From assembly GCA_903928915.1 (NCBI GenBank), contig CAIYSL010000098.1, positions 35,179 to 99,178 on the forward strand: 64,000 bases of DNA, written 5' to 3'. The stretch is from an uncultured Syntrophobacterales bacterium (lineage in GTDB: Bacteria > Desulfobacterota > Syntrophia > Syntrophales > UBA5619). Below are positions 53,111 to 62,074 of this stretch, piece after piece. Under the pieces are notes generated by a model, which did no database searches, was not told where the DNA came from, and saw only the letters and a list, made by a program, of their open reading frames with translations. The position numbers and the translations under genes are program-made. Within the stretch, counting starts at the first letter, position 1. Every line of letters starts with the position of its first letter.

Positions 53111-53618
53111 CGCGGGTGTACCCCGTCTCTTCCTCGGCGCAGAGGTCCACCGGTTTGTCGAACTCATGCCCCGCCAGGGGAAACTCCTTGCGCAGCGGAT
53201 GGCCGACGAACTCTTCCGTCAGCAGGATGCGCCGGAGGTCGGGATGGCCGGCGAAGCGGACCCCGAACATGTCGTACACCTCCCGTTCGAGCCATTCCGC
53301 CCCCTGCCAGAGGTCGCTCACCGTATCCACCTCCGCCCCCTCGGCCACGCCGGTCTTGACCCGGAGCCGGTTGGTGTGGCTGAGCGAGTTCAGCAGGTAG
53401 ACGACCATCAGCCGGGGCGCCCCGTCCCCGCAATCCACGCCGGCCATGTCGACCAGCAGGTCGTACCGGGCCGCCGGGTCCTCCTTCAGGAAGCGCATCA
53501 CCCCCCGGAGCGCGGTCCGGTCGATCGTCACGGTGGTCTCGCCGCGGAACTCCTCGACGGACCGCACCGCCGCGGGGAAGCGCTCTCTCAGCAGCTCGGC
53601 AACGGCGCGGCTATCCAT
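53103..53618 (-). CDS. nuoC: NADH-quinone oxidoreductase subunit C
   Basis: 171 aa. [29 protein letters not shown] signature. Confidence 0.9.
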   Translation of the reverse strand: MDSRAVAELLRERFPAAVRSVEEFRGETTVTIDRTALRGVMRFLKEDPAARYDLLVDMAGVDCGDGAPRLMVVYLLNSLSHTNRLRVKTGVAEGAEVDTVSDLWQGAEWLEREVYDMFGVRFAGHPDLRRILLTEEFVGHPLRKEFPLAGHEFDKPVDLCAEEETGYTRDV

Positions 53619-54111
53619 TGTGCTCCCCCCAGGGCAGGCTGACGAGCTTTCGCTGGCCCGGCAGCTCCCGGCCGATCTTCTCCTGCAGCACCATCAGCCC
53701 CTTGAGCAGGCTTTCCGGACGGGGCGGGCAGCCGGGGATGTAGACGTCCACCGGGACGATCCGGTCCACCCCCTGGACGACGTTGTAGGTCCGAAACACC
53801 CCGCCGCTGGAGGCGCAGGCCCCGTAGGCGATCACCCATTTCGGCTCGGTCATCTGGTCGTAAATCCTCCGGAGCACCGGCGCCATCTTCCGGGTCACCG
53901 TGCCGGCGACGATCATCAGGTCGGCCTGACGCGGCGTCGGCCGGAACACCTCGGCGCCGAAGCGGGCGATGTCGTAGGTCGCCGCCGAGGCGACCATCAT
54001 CTCCAGCGCGCAGCAGGCCAGGCCGAAGGTGACCGGCCAGATCGAATTCTTCCGCGCCCAGTTGATGACGTCCTGCAGCGTCTCGGGCGCCGTGCCGTCC
54101 GCTATTCCCAT
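53611..54111 (-). CDS. nuoB: NADH-quinone oxidoreductase subunit B
   Basis: Start at ATG 54111 ([39 protein letters not shown]). GCPPRPE motif. The 316-aa track ORF is an upstream extension through nuoA. Confidence 0.9.
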   Translation of the reverse strand: MGIADGTAPETLQDVINWARKNSIWPVTFGLACCALEMMVASAATYDIARFGAEVFRPTPRQADLMIVAGTVTRKMAPVLRRIYDQMTEPKWVIAYGACASSGGVFRTYNVVQGVDRIVPVDVYIPGCPPRPESLLKGLMVLQEKIGRELPGQRKLVSLPWGEHNG

Positions 54112-54455
54112 TCCAGAGCCCCCTTCTTCAGGACATACACGTACCCCACCAGGAGGATGAGCACGAACAGCAGCATCTCGCCGAAGCCGAACAGGCCGAG
54201 CGAATCCGCCATCACCGCCCAGGGGTACAGGAACATGATCTCGATGTCGAAGATCAAAAACAGCATCGCCACGATGTAGTACCGGATCCTGATCTTCATC
54301 TTGGTGGGGCCGATGGTCGGCATCCCGCATTCGTACGGGGCGAGCTTCACCTTGCCGGAGATCCGGTGGCCGAGGATGTGCGAGGCGCCCACGATCAAGA
54401 CGGCGATGCCGATGGCAAAAACCATCGTGACGAGGATGGGGAGATACTCGATCAT
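54102..54455 (-). CDS. nuoA: NADH-quinone oxidoreductase subunit A
   Basis: 117 aa, three TM helices. YECGMPTIG and [14 protein letters not shown] motifs. First gene of the operon. Confidence 0.9.
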   Translation of the reverse strand: MIEYLPILVTMVFAIGIAVLIVGASHILGHRISGKVKLAPYECGMPTIGPTKMKIRIRYYIVAMLFLIFDIEIMFLYPWAVMADSLGLFGFGEMLLFVLILLVGYVYVLKKGALEWE

Positions 54456-54584
54456 ACGTTCTATCCTTATGAAAACGTTCGCCAGTAACGCGGAGCGATG
54501 ACCTCGAACGACCGGAGGCGGGAGGGCGAGGTGTAGTGCAGCGTAAAGAGTTGAGGATCACGGCCCGGTCCGCCGAAGCGGCTT

Positions 54585-54614
54585 TATCTAATATAAGGGT
54601 TTCCTCCTTGTCAA
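54585..54614 (-). promoter_or_regulatory. candidate promoter of the nuo operon
   Basis: Minus-strand consensus TTGACA (54614..54609), followed at 15-18 nt by an AT-rich TATATTAGATA stretch. This would give an approximately 130-nt leader containing a CCGC-UUCG-GCGG hairpin. Confidence 0.4.
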
Positions 54615-54698
54615 GATTTTTTACTTCCGGGTTGCGGGTTCGTTTGGCGGGGATGGCGTCGCAGGCGCGCTTCTGCCTCCGGGGTTGCCGTTTTTTCT

Positions 54699-54727
54699 GT
54701 GACTTTTACCGCGACTTCATGTATGAA
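54699..54727 (+). promoter_or_regulatory. candidate promoter of feoAB with overlapping palindrome
   Basis: GTGACT (54699-54704), 17-nt spacer, TATGAA (54722-54727). The perfect 14-bp palindrome CTTCATGTATGAAG (54715-54728) covers the -10. Confidence 0.35.
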
Positions 54728-54761
54728 GCTCGGAGTACCGCTTGCATGGATTAAGGACGCG

Positions 54762-57008
54762 ATGCCCACGAACGAAACATACCTTCCGATCACCTCGCTC
54801 GCCGAAGGCGAGGAGGCCATCATCCGCGACATAACCGGCGGGAACGCCCTGATCAGCAGGCTGGCGGGGATGGGGATCGCCCTCAACACGAAGGTCCGGT
54901 ACCTCCACAGCCGGGGCGGCCTGGTCGTAGTCCAGGTCGGCGAAACGCGCGTTGCCCTGGGAAGCGGCGAGGCGGTGAAGATCCTCGTCAGCCGGGTCGC
55001 CCCCGCCCGCGAGGGGGAGAGGCCGCCCGCAAAGACGCTCCTCGTCGCCCTGGCCGGCCAGCCCAATGCCGGGAAGTCGACGGTGTTCAACATCCTGACG
55101 GGGCTGTCGCAGCACGTGGGCAACTGGCCGGGCAAGACCGTGGAGAAGAAGGAGGGGTCGCACACGGCGGAGGGGTACGAACTCCGGATCGTCGACCTCC
55201 CCGGCACCTACAGCCTGACCGCATTCTCGGAGGAGGAGCGGGTCGCCCGCGAGTTCATCATCCACGAGGCGCCGGACGTGATCGTCCTGCTGGTCAACGC
55301 CGCGGTCCTCGAACGGAGCCTCTACCTCCTGACGGAGCTCCTCCCGCTGGGCCGGCCGATCGTCGTGGGCGTGAACATGCTCGACGTGGCGGAGAACCAG
55401 GGGATCCGGGTCGACACCGAGGCCCTGGAGCGCTCCCTGGGGGTCCCCGTAGTCCCGATGATCGCCACGAAGAACAAGGGGCTCCGCGAGCTCGTCGAGC
55501 GGGTCATCTCCGTCTCGCGAGGAGAGTTCGCCCTCCGCCCGAAACTGCCGCCGGTGCGGGCGGACCATCATGACCTGCTGAAGGAGCTGACCGAGCTGAT
55601 CCGGGAGGCGGTGCAGCCCCCCTATACGGTCGAGTGGGTGGCGGCCAAGCTGATGGAGGGGGACCAGGAGGTCTCGGCGATGATGGAGAAGCTCCTGACC
55701 CCGCCGCTCTGGGAGCGGGTCAAGGGCCTCCTGGTCGCTCACGAAGATTCGCTCCACGCCGTTGTCTGCGGCCGGTACGACTGGGTCGAAGACACCACCC
55801 GGGCCTGCGTGTCGCGCTTCAAGATGGGGCAGGTCGTCATGACCGACCGGATCGACCACCTCCTGACCCGCCCTGCCTTCGGGATCCCCGTCCTTCTGGG
55901 GGTGCTGGCCTGCGTGTTCCTGTTGACCTACACGATCGGGTTTCCCCTCCAGAAGCTCCTCGAGGGCGGCGTCGGCGCCCTGGGCGCGGCGGTCGCGCCG
56001 CTCCTGGCGCAGGCACCGGCCTGGGTGCAGGGGCTGATCGTGGAAGGGGTGATCGGCGGCGTCGGGTCGGTCCTGACCTTTCTCCCGATCCTGCTGATCT
56101 TCTTCGCCGTCCTGGCGCTGCTCGAGGATGTGGGGTACATGGCCCGGGCCGCCTTCGTGATGGACAGGTTCATGCACCTCGTGGGGCTCCACGGCAAAAG
56201 CTTCATCCCCATGTGCATCGGGTTCGGCTGCAACGTCCCGGCGATCCTGGGCGTCCGGATCATCGAATCGCGCAAGGCCCGGCTGCTGACGATGCTCCTG
56301 ACCCCCTTCGTCCCCTGCACGGCGCGCCTGGCGGTCCTCACCTTCGTGGCCGCCGCCGTCTTCGCGTCCGACGCGACGATCGTCGTCTGGGCGCTCGTCA
56401 GCCTCAACATCCTCGTCCTGGGCGCCGTGGGGATGACCGTCCACGCCTTCGTCCTGAAGGAGGAGCCGACCCCGTTCATCATGGAGCTCCCCCTGTACCA
56501 GCGGCCGAACCCGCGGACGATCGGGCAGGTGGTCTGGTCGCGGACCGTCTCCTTCGTCAAGCGGGCGGGCTCGGTCATCCTGCTCATGGCGATCCTGGTC
56601 TGGCTGCTGGCCTACTTCCCCGACGGCAAGACCGAGACGAGCATCCTCGCCGCGATCGGCCATGTGCTCGAACCGATCGGCCGGCCCCTCGGTCTCGACT
56701 GGCGGATGGTGACGGCGCTCATCTCCAGCATCGTCGCCAAGGAGAACGCCGTGGCCACCCTCGGCGTCCTGTACGGCGTAGGCGACCAGGGGCTCCTCAA
56801 GGTGCTCCCGCAGGTGATGAGCCACGCCTCGGCGCTCGCCTTCCTCACGGTCCTGATGCTGTTCGTCCCCTGCGCGGCCACCGTCGCCGTGATGCGGCGC
56901 GAGATGGTCGACCGGATCTGGTTTTACTCCTCCCTCGTCCTGACGCTGGTGATCTCCTACCTCGGCGGTCTGATCGCCTACCGCCTGGCCCTCTGGCTGG
57001 GCTTCTGA
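54762..57008 (+). CDS. feoB: ferrous iron transporter, FeoA-FeoB fusion
   Basis: ATG 54762 (SD AAGGA). N-terminal FeoA SH3-like domain (LAEGEEAIIRDITGGNALISRLAGMGI). FeoB G-domain (VALAGQPNAGKSTVFN). Large C-terminal membrane domain. Confidence 0.9.
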   Translation: MPTNETYLPITSLAEGEEAIIRDITGGNALISRLAGMGIALNTKVRYLHSRGGLVVVQVGETRVALGSGEAVKILVSRVAPAREGERPPAKTLLVALAGQPNAGKSTVFNILTGLSQHVGNWPGKTVEKKEGSHTAEGYELRIVDLPGTYSLTAFSEEERVAREFIIHEAPDVIVLLVNAAVLERSLYLLTELLPLGRPIVVGVNMLDVAENQGIRVDTEALERSLGVPVVPMIATKNKGLRELVERVISVSRGEFALRPKLPPVRADHHDLLKELTELIREAVQPPYTVEWVAAKLMEGDQEVSAMMEKLLTPPLWERVKGLLVAHEDSLHAVVCGRYDWVEDTTRACVSRFKMGQVVMTDRIDHLLTRPAFGIPVLLGVLACVFLLTYTIGFPLQKLLEGGVGALGAAVAPLLAQAPAWVQGLIVEGVIGGVGSVLTFLPILLIFFAVLALLEDVGYMARAAFVMDRFMHLVGLHGKSFIPMCIGFGCNVPAILGVRIIESRKARLLTMLLTPFVPCTARLAVLTFVAAAVFASDATIVVWALVSLNILVLGAVGMTVHAFVLKEEPTPFIMELPLYQRPNPRTIGQVVWSRTVSFVKRAGSVILLMAILVWLLAYFPDGKTETSILAAIGHVLEPIGRPLGLDWRMVTALISSIVAKENAVATLGVLYGVGDQGLLKVLPQVMSHASALAFLTVLMLFVPCAATVAVMRREMVDRIWFYSSLVLTLVISYLGGLIAYRLALWLGF

Positions 57009-57038
57009 GCGGCACGCGGGGAAGGCAGTCCCTGAGCC

Positions 57039-57791
57039 ATGGATCTTACGCAACTGATCGTCATCTTCGCCGCCAGCGTCCTCACCAGCGCCTTCGGGAC
57101 CCTGGTGGGCGGAAGCAGCCTGGTCACCATTCCGCTGCTGATCGTGCTGGGTCTGCCTCCCCACACCGCCATCAGCACCGACCGGATCGGGACCACCGGG
57201 ATCGGCATCGCGGGGCTGTATTCCTTTCACCGCAAAAGGATGGTGCGTTACGGCCTCTCCTTCCTCGTCGGCATCCCCTGTCTCATCGGCGGGTTCATCG
57301 GGGCGAACCTGTCGCTCCAGGTCAGCCCGGAGCTGCTCAAACGGCTGATCGTGGCGCTGACGGTGGTGATGCTGATCGTCCTGATGGCAAACCCCAGGCT
57401 GGGGGTGACCGCGGCCGAACGCCCCCTCACCCGCGGACGGTACGCGCTGGGTGCCGTGCTGGGCCTGCTGGTGGGCATCTACGGCGGGTTTTACGGGGCC
57501 GGGGCCGGGACGATGCTGGGCTACATCATGCTGATGGTCTTCGGCCAGACCTTCCTGGAAAGCGCCGCCAACAACAAGGTCGCCGGGATCCTGATGAGCG
57601 CCACTTCGGCGGCCACCTACGCCTGGCACGGCGCCTTCAACGCCCCGCTGGCCCTGCTGATGTTCACCGGCTGCTGCATCGGATCGTACGCGAGCGCCCA
57701 GTATGCCGACCGGCTCGGAAACGTCTGGATCAAGCGGCTGTTCGTCGTGATAATCCTGATCATGGCGGCAAAACTGCTGCTCGACGCCTGA
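57039..57791 (+). CDS. TauE/SafE-family anion (sulfite-type) exporter
   Basis: 250 aa, about 8 TM helices, internally duplicated. GTLVGGSSLVTIPLL and GGFYGAGAGTM motifs. Confidence 0.8.
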   Translation: MDLTQLIVIFAASVLTSAFGTLVGGSSLVTIPLLIVLGLPPHTAISTDRIGTTGIGIAGLYSFHRKRMVRYGLSFLVGIPCLIGGFIGANLSLQVSPELLKRLIVALTVVMLIVLMANPRLGVTAAERPLTRGRYALGAVLGLLVGIYGGFYGAGAGTMLGYIMLMVFGQTFLESAANNKVAGILMSATSAATYAWHGAFNAPLALLMFTGCCIGSYASAQYADRLGNVWIKRLFVVIILIMAAKLLLDA

Positions 57792-57852
57792 ACCGCCCCG
57801 TTCCGGATACCGGCGCCGCCGCGAGATCGGGAGAGGCCGGTCATCCCGGGGC

Positions 57853-58620
57853 TCAGACCATCAGCCGGCCCCCGTTCACCGCGATCGTCTGGCCGGTCAG
57901 GTAGCCGGACTCCGGCGCCGCCAGGAACAGCACCCAGCCCGCCATGTCGTCCACCTCGGCGATCCTCCCCAGGAGCGTGGACTTCCCGATCATCTTCCGC
58001 TGCTCTTCATTCCGCACCGCGATGACGCGTTCGGTGGCCGTGGTCCCCGGGGCGATGGCGTTGACGGTGACCCCGTACTTGCCCAGTTCGTAGGCGAGGT
58101 ACCGGGTGAGGCAGTGGACCCCTGCCTTGGCCGCCGAATAGGGTGGGGAGGAAAGGTTGAAGGTCGTGAGCCCCGCCAGCGAACCCAGGTTGACGATGCG
58201 GCCGCTCTGCTGCTTCTGGAAGATCGGGATCACCGCCTTGGCCGTGAGGAACACGCTCTTCAGGTTCCGGTCGATCACGGCGTCCCACTCCTCTTCCGGG
58301 GTATCGGCGATTCCGAGCTGCAGCGAGAACCCGCCGGCGCTGTTGACCAGGATGTCGATCCGGCCCGCCTTGGCCAGCACCTCCGCGAAGGCCTGCGCGA
58401 CCGAGGCGCTGGCGGTCAGGTCGCAGCGGATGAAGGCGGCGTCCCCGCCTGCCGCCCGGATTGCCTCGGCGGCAGCGGCGCCCGCCTTCTCGTCGATATC
58501 GATCAGAAACACCCGCGCGCCCGCCTCGGCAAATCGCTCGGCCGAGCGCTTCCCGATCCCCTGGCCCGCGCCCGTGATCACGGCAACCTGATTGGAAAAA
58601 TCAAACTGCGTCTTACCCAT
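57853..58620 (-). CDS. short-chain dehydrogenase/reductase (FabG-like)
   Basis: ATG 58620 after SD GGAAGGAGG. VAVITGAGQGIG cofactor motif. NSAG, and the catalytic YSAAK motif. Confidence 0.85.
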   Translation of the reverse strand: MGKTQFDFSNQVAVITGAGQGIGKRSAERFAEAGARVFLIDIDEKAGAAAAEAIRAAGGDAAFIRCDLTASASVAQAFAEVLAKAGRIDILVNSAGGFSLQLGIADTPEEEWDAVIDRNLKSVFLTAKAVIPIFQKQQSGRIVNLGSLAGLTTFNLSSPPYSAAKAGVHCLTRYLAYELGKYGVTVNAIAPGTTATERVIAVRNEEQRKMIGKSTLLGRIAEVDDMAGWVLFLAAPESGYLTGQTIAVNGGRLMV

Positions 58621-58790
58621 GGCAACAACCTCCTTCCGGAATCCGCCGGTGCGTGCATTCCCGCGGCCTGCCGCGGAATTTTTTCCCCGGGCGGGCGGGC
58701 GGTCGCCGGGCCGGAGTTCAGCGAAGGACTGTATCATATTTTTCGCCTCCCGTGGGGGATTGACCCGCCTGGGGCGGCAGATAAATATCC

Positions 58791-58820
58791 TTGACAGGGC
58801 CGAACCCTTTCCCGTATCGT
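58791..58820 (+). promoter_or_regulatory. candidate promoter far upstream of the molybdoenzyme operon
   Basis: Consensus TTGACA (58791-58796), 18-nt spacer, TATCGT (58815-58820). This implies an approximately 335-nt untranslated leader before ATG 59162. Confidence 0.4.
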
Positions 58821-59161
58821 ACCCACAACAAGCGGAACCTCCGACCGTCATCGCGATCGGGCATGCTTCAACAACCTTGTCTCTCGCCCCGAACGCGACG
58901 ATGCGGCGCGACAGGGTCGTTCACCAGATCGTTCCTGATCGACGCTGCCCCTCTCCACGCTCCTCGCGCGCTGCCCCTGCGTTCTTTCCTAACAGTTCCC
59001 TACCGCGGTGCCCCTGCTCCTCACGCTCCCGGCCGGATAGCCCTGCGCGCGGGATGCATCTCCCGCCGACCCGCACCGACGGCTCGCCTGCGACGACCGA
59101 CCGTACCCGGTCGTAGGATACGCGATTTGTTCAAACCACCAACCAAGAAAAGGGGGAGAAC

Positions 59162-59800
59162 ATGGCCAAGGAAGAGAAAGATCCGCACGAACACAAGGAA
59201 CAGCAGAAGAATCCGCTCGCAATTTCCCGGCGCACCTTCCTGAAGGGGGTAGGGACGACCGCCATCGCCACGTCGATCACCATCGCCCCCCTCCCCCTGC
59301 CCTCGGCCGCCGATGCCGCCCCGCCTCCCGCACGCAGGGAGGCCTGGATCCAGCTCACCGTGAACGACACGGTCCACCGCCTGAAGGTCAAGTCCCATTG
59401 GACCCTCCTGGAAGTGCTGCGCAAGCAGGCCGGCCTCACCGGCACGAAGAAATTCTGCGACCGGGGGAGCTGCGGGGCCTGCACGGTCATCGTGGACGGC
59501 AGGGCCGTGTACGCCTGCTCCTTTTTGGCCATCGCGGCCGACAACAGGAAGGTCCTCACCATCGAGGGGCTGCTCCAGGGAGGGAAGCTCCATCCGATCC
59601 AGGAGGCCTTCCTGGAGCACGACGGCCTGCAGTGCGGGTTCTGCACCCCCGGCCAGATCATGTCGGTCAAGGCCCTGCTGGACAAGAATCCCCGCCCCAG
59701 CGCCGACGAGATCAAGGAGGGCCTTTCGGGCAATGTCTGCCGCTGCTCCGCCTACCCCAAAATCCTTAAATCGGCCCTGGCCGCCGCCCGGCGAGGATAG
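59162..59800 (+). CDS. Tat-exported (2Fe-2S)-binding small subunit of a xanthine-dehydrogenase-family molybdoenzyme (PaoA/CoxS-like)
   Basis: 212 aa. Twin-arginine signal ISRRTFLKGVGT. Plant-type CDRGSCGACTV and second cluster CGFCTPGQ...CRCSAY. Confidence 0.9.
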   Translation: MAKEEKDPHEHKEQQKNPLAISRRTFLKGVGTTAIATSITIAPLPLPSAADAAPPPARREAWIQLTVNDTVHRLKVKSHWTLLEVLRKQAGLTGTKKFCDRGSCGACTVIVDGRAVYACSFLAIAADNRKVLTIEGLLQGGKLHPIQEAFLEHDGLQCGFCTPGQIMSVKALLDKNPRPSADEIKEGLSGNVCRCSAYPKILKSALAAARRG

Positions 59801-59815
59801 AAAGGAGAACGCATC

Positions 59816-62053
59816 ATGTCGAACGAGTTCAGGGTGGTAGGAAAGCGGTACCCGAAAATGGACGCCTGGGAGCGGGTCAGCGGGCAGGCCGTGTACGTTT
59901 CCGACATCTATCTGCCGGGGATGCTGTACGGGAAGATCCTGCGGAGCCCCCATCCCCACGCCCGGGTGGCCGGCATCGATACGGAACAGGCCAAAGCCCT
60001 CCCCGGGGTCAAGGCCGTGCTCACCCCCAAGGACATAACCGACTTCAACTGGACCAAGTGCCCGGGCCGCGGCCACCATGACATGCCCATCCTGGCCGAT
60101 ATCGCCCGGTACGCCGGCGAGGACATCGCCGTGGCGGCCGCCGTGGACGAGGAGCGGGTCCAGGAGGCGCTCGACCTGATCAAGGTAGAGTACCAGCCGC
60201 TGCCCTTCGTCATCGACCCCGAGGAGGCCCTGAAGCCCGCGGCCCCCAAGGTCCACCCCGCGGGCAATCTGGTCGGGGGGAAACCCGTCGTCCTGAACCG
60301 GGGGAGCGTCGAGAAAGGGTTCCAGGAGGCCGACCTGGTGTACGAGGCCCGGTACTCCACCCCCCTGCTGCAGCACGCGACCGCCGAGCCGCGGGTGTGC
60401 GTGGCCCGCTGGGAGCGGGGCAGGCTGACGATCTGGGATTCCCTGCAGCATACCTTCGGAACCCAGGCGGGGCTGGCCTACGTCTTCAAGATCCCGATGA
60501 GCAAGGTGCGGGTCGTCTGCGATTACATGGGCGGGGGCTTCGGGGACAAGATACAGATGGAACGGTACAGCGTGCTGGCATCGATCCTGGCCCTGAAGAC
60601 CGGCCGTCCGGTGCGGATCGAATTCGACCGGGAGGAGAACTTCCTGGCCGCCCACCACCGCTACCCCGCCGTCTGCTACCTGAAGTACGGGGCCAGGAAG
60701 GACGGCACCCTGACCGCCATCCAGGCCAAGGTCGTGGCCAACGCCGGGGCCTACTGCCATCTCGACGGCGCCATGGGCGTCCTGGAGACGATGAAGGGGG
60801 TGTACCGGTGCCCCAACCTCAAAGGGGAAGGATACACGGTCTACACCAACACCCCGGAAGGGGGGGCCATGCGCTGCGTGGGCCATCCCCAGGGCCAGTT
60901 CGCCCAGGAAGTGCACATGGATATCATGGCCCACAAGCTGGGGATCGACCCGGTGGCCTTCCGGATGAAGAACTTCGCCCGCCTGGAAGACGGCGACCAG
61001 GACAAGAAGATCCCCTTCTCCAGCAACGCCATGGAGGAGTGCATCCGCAAAGGGGCCGAAGCCTCGGGCTGGGCGCAGAAGTGGCAGAAACCCGGGACAA
61101 GCCCCGGCCCGGTCAAGAAGGGGCTGGGCATGGCGATCCACTCCTGCCGCCACGGGGCCATGGCGCTTCCCAGCGCCGGGATGGTGAAGGTCAACTCCGA
61201 CGGGACGGTGAACGTGCTGATCGGGACCGCCGACGTCGGGGGGAACCAGAAATCCACCATGGCAATGATCGCCGCCGAGGAGCTGGGCGTCCCGCTGGAC
61301 GTCATATCGGTGACCACGGCCGACACGGACGTCACCCTGGACACGGGCAGCACCGCCGGCAGCAAGCAGACCATCACCGCGGGAAACGCGATCAAGCTTG
61401 CCGCCGCCGACGCCAAGAACCAGATCTTCGCGATTGCGGCTGGGGAATTGAAGACGGCCAAGGAAAACCTGGAGCTGGTGGGCGGGCAGATCCGCCCCAA
61501 GGGCTCCGACAAGGGGATCGCGCTGACCGCCGTGCTGCGAAAGGCGCCGGCTACGATCACCGGCCGGGGGACCGGCAGCCTGCTCAAGGGGGCTATCACC
61601 CACTGCTTCGCGGCCCACTTCGCGGAGGTGGAGGTGGATACCCTGAGCGGCAAGGTCCGGGTGCTGAACATCTACGCGGCCCACGACCTGGGCAAGGTGA
61701 TCAACCTGTCGGGCGCGGAGAACCAGACCGACGGCGGGGTCATCCAGGGGATAGGCTTCGGCATGACGGAAAATCAGCTCTTCGACCTGGACACGGGAAT
61801 CTGCGTCAACCCCAACCTCGTGGACTACAAGCTCGTCACCATCAAGGACATTCCGGAGATCCACATCCAGTTCATCGAGCCGCTCGACCCCGGAGGCCCC
61901 TACGGCGCCCGGGGGCTGTCGGAGCCGCCCTACAGCGTTCCCGCCCCGGCCATCGCCAATGCCGTCTACAACGCCATCGGGGTGGGCATGACCGATCTTC
62001 CGATCACCATCCGGTCGATTCTGGAAAGCCGCAACAGGGGAGCGAAGGCGTAG
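59816..62053 (+). CDS. molybdopterin-binding large subunit of a xanthine-dehydrogenase-family enzyme (PaoC/CoxL-like)
   Basis: 745 aa. VGKRYPKMDAWERVSGQAVYVSD N-terminus and GGGFGDK motif. C-terminal GLSEPP, with Glu as the catalytic-base region. Confidence 0.9.
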   Translation: MSNEFRVVGKRYPKMDAWERVSGQAVYVSDIYLPGMLYGKILRSPHPHARVAGIDTEQAKALPGVKAVLTPKDITDFNWTKCPGRGHHDMPILADIARYAGEDIAVAAAVDEERVQEALDLIKVEYQPLPFVIDPEEALKPAAPKVHPAGNLVGGKPVVLNRGSVEKGFQEADLVYEARYSTPLLQHATAEPRVCVARWERGRLTIWDSLQHTFGTQAGLAYVFKIPMSKVRVVCDYMGGGFGDKIQMERYSVLASILALKTGRPVRIEFDREENFLAAHHRYPAVCYLKYGARKDGTLTAIQAKVVANAGAYCHLDGAMGVLETMKGVYRCPNLKGEGYTVYTNTPEGGAMRCVGHPQGQFAQEVHMDIMAHKLGIDPVAFRMKNFARLEDGDQDKKIPFSSNAMEECIRKGAEASGWAQKWQKPGTSPGPVKKGLGMAIHSCRHGAMALPSAGMVKVNSDGTVNVLIGTADVGGNQKSTMAMIAAEELGVPLDVISVTTADTDVTLDTGSTAGSKQTITAGNAIKLAAADAKNQIFAIAAGELKTAKENLELVGGQIRPKGSDKGIALTAVLRKAPATITGRGTGSLLKGAITHCFAAHFAEVEVDTLSGKVRVLNIYAAHDLGKVINLSGAENQTDGGVIQGIGFGMTENQLFDLDTGICVNPNLVDYKLVTIKDIPEIHIQFIEPLDPGGPYGARGLSEPPYSVPAPAIANAVYNAIGVGMTDLPITIRSILESRNRGAKA

Positions 62054-62074
62054 CCGCGCAGAAAGGAACGATCC

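Noticed and set aside
54717-57629. 970-aa minus-strand ORF. Similar long shadows occur at 15895-18480, 35264-37807, 18535-20130 and 1615-3699.
   Set aside because: All are antisense to, or out of frame with, genes that have strong family signatures (feoB/tauE, the hybrid kinase, ylbE/fdrA). All have Arg/Gly/Pro/Asp-rich low-complexity translations typical of GC-rich non-coding frames.
58800-59161. Moco riboswitch upstream of the molybdoenzyme operon
   Set aside because: A CCTCCGA element (about 58838) and a purine-rich AAAAGGGGGAG at the RBS loosely recall Moco-motif elements. They are about 300 nt apart, far longer than that motif as I remember it, and I could not build the conserved helices by eye. 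An Rfam scan is needed before any claim.
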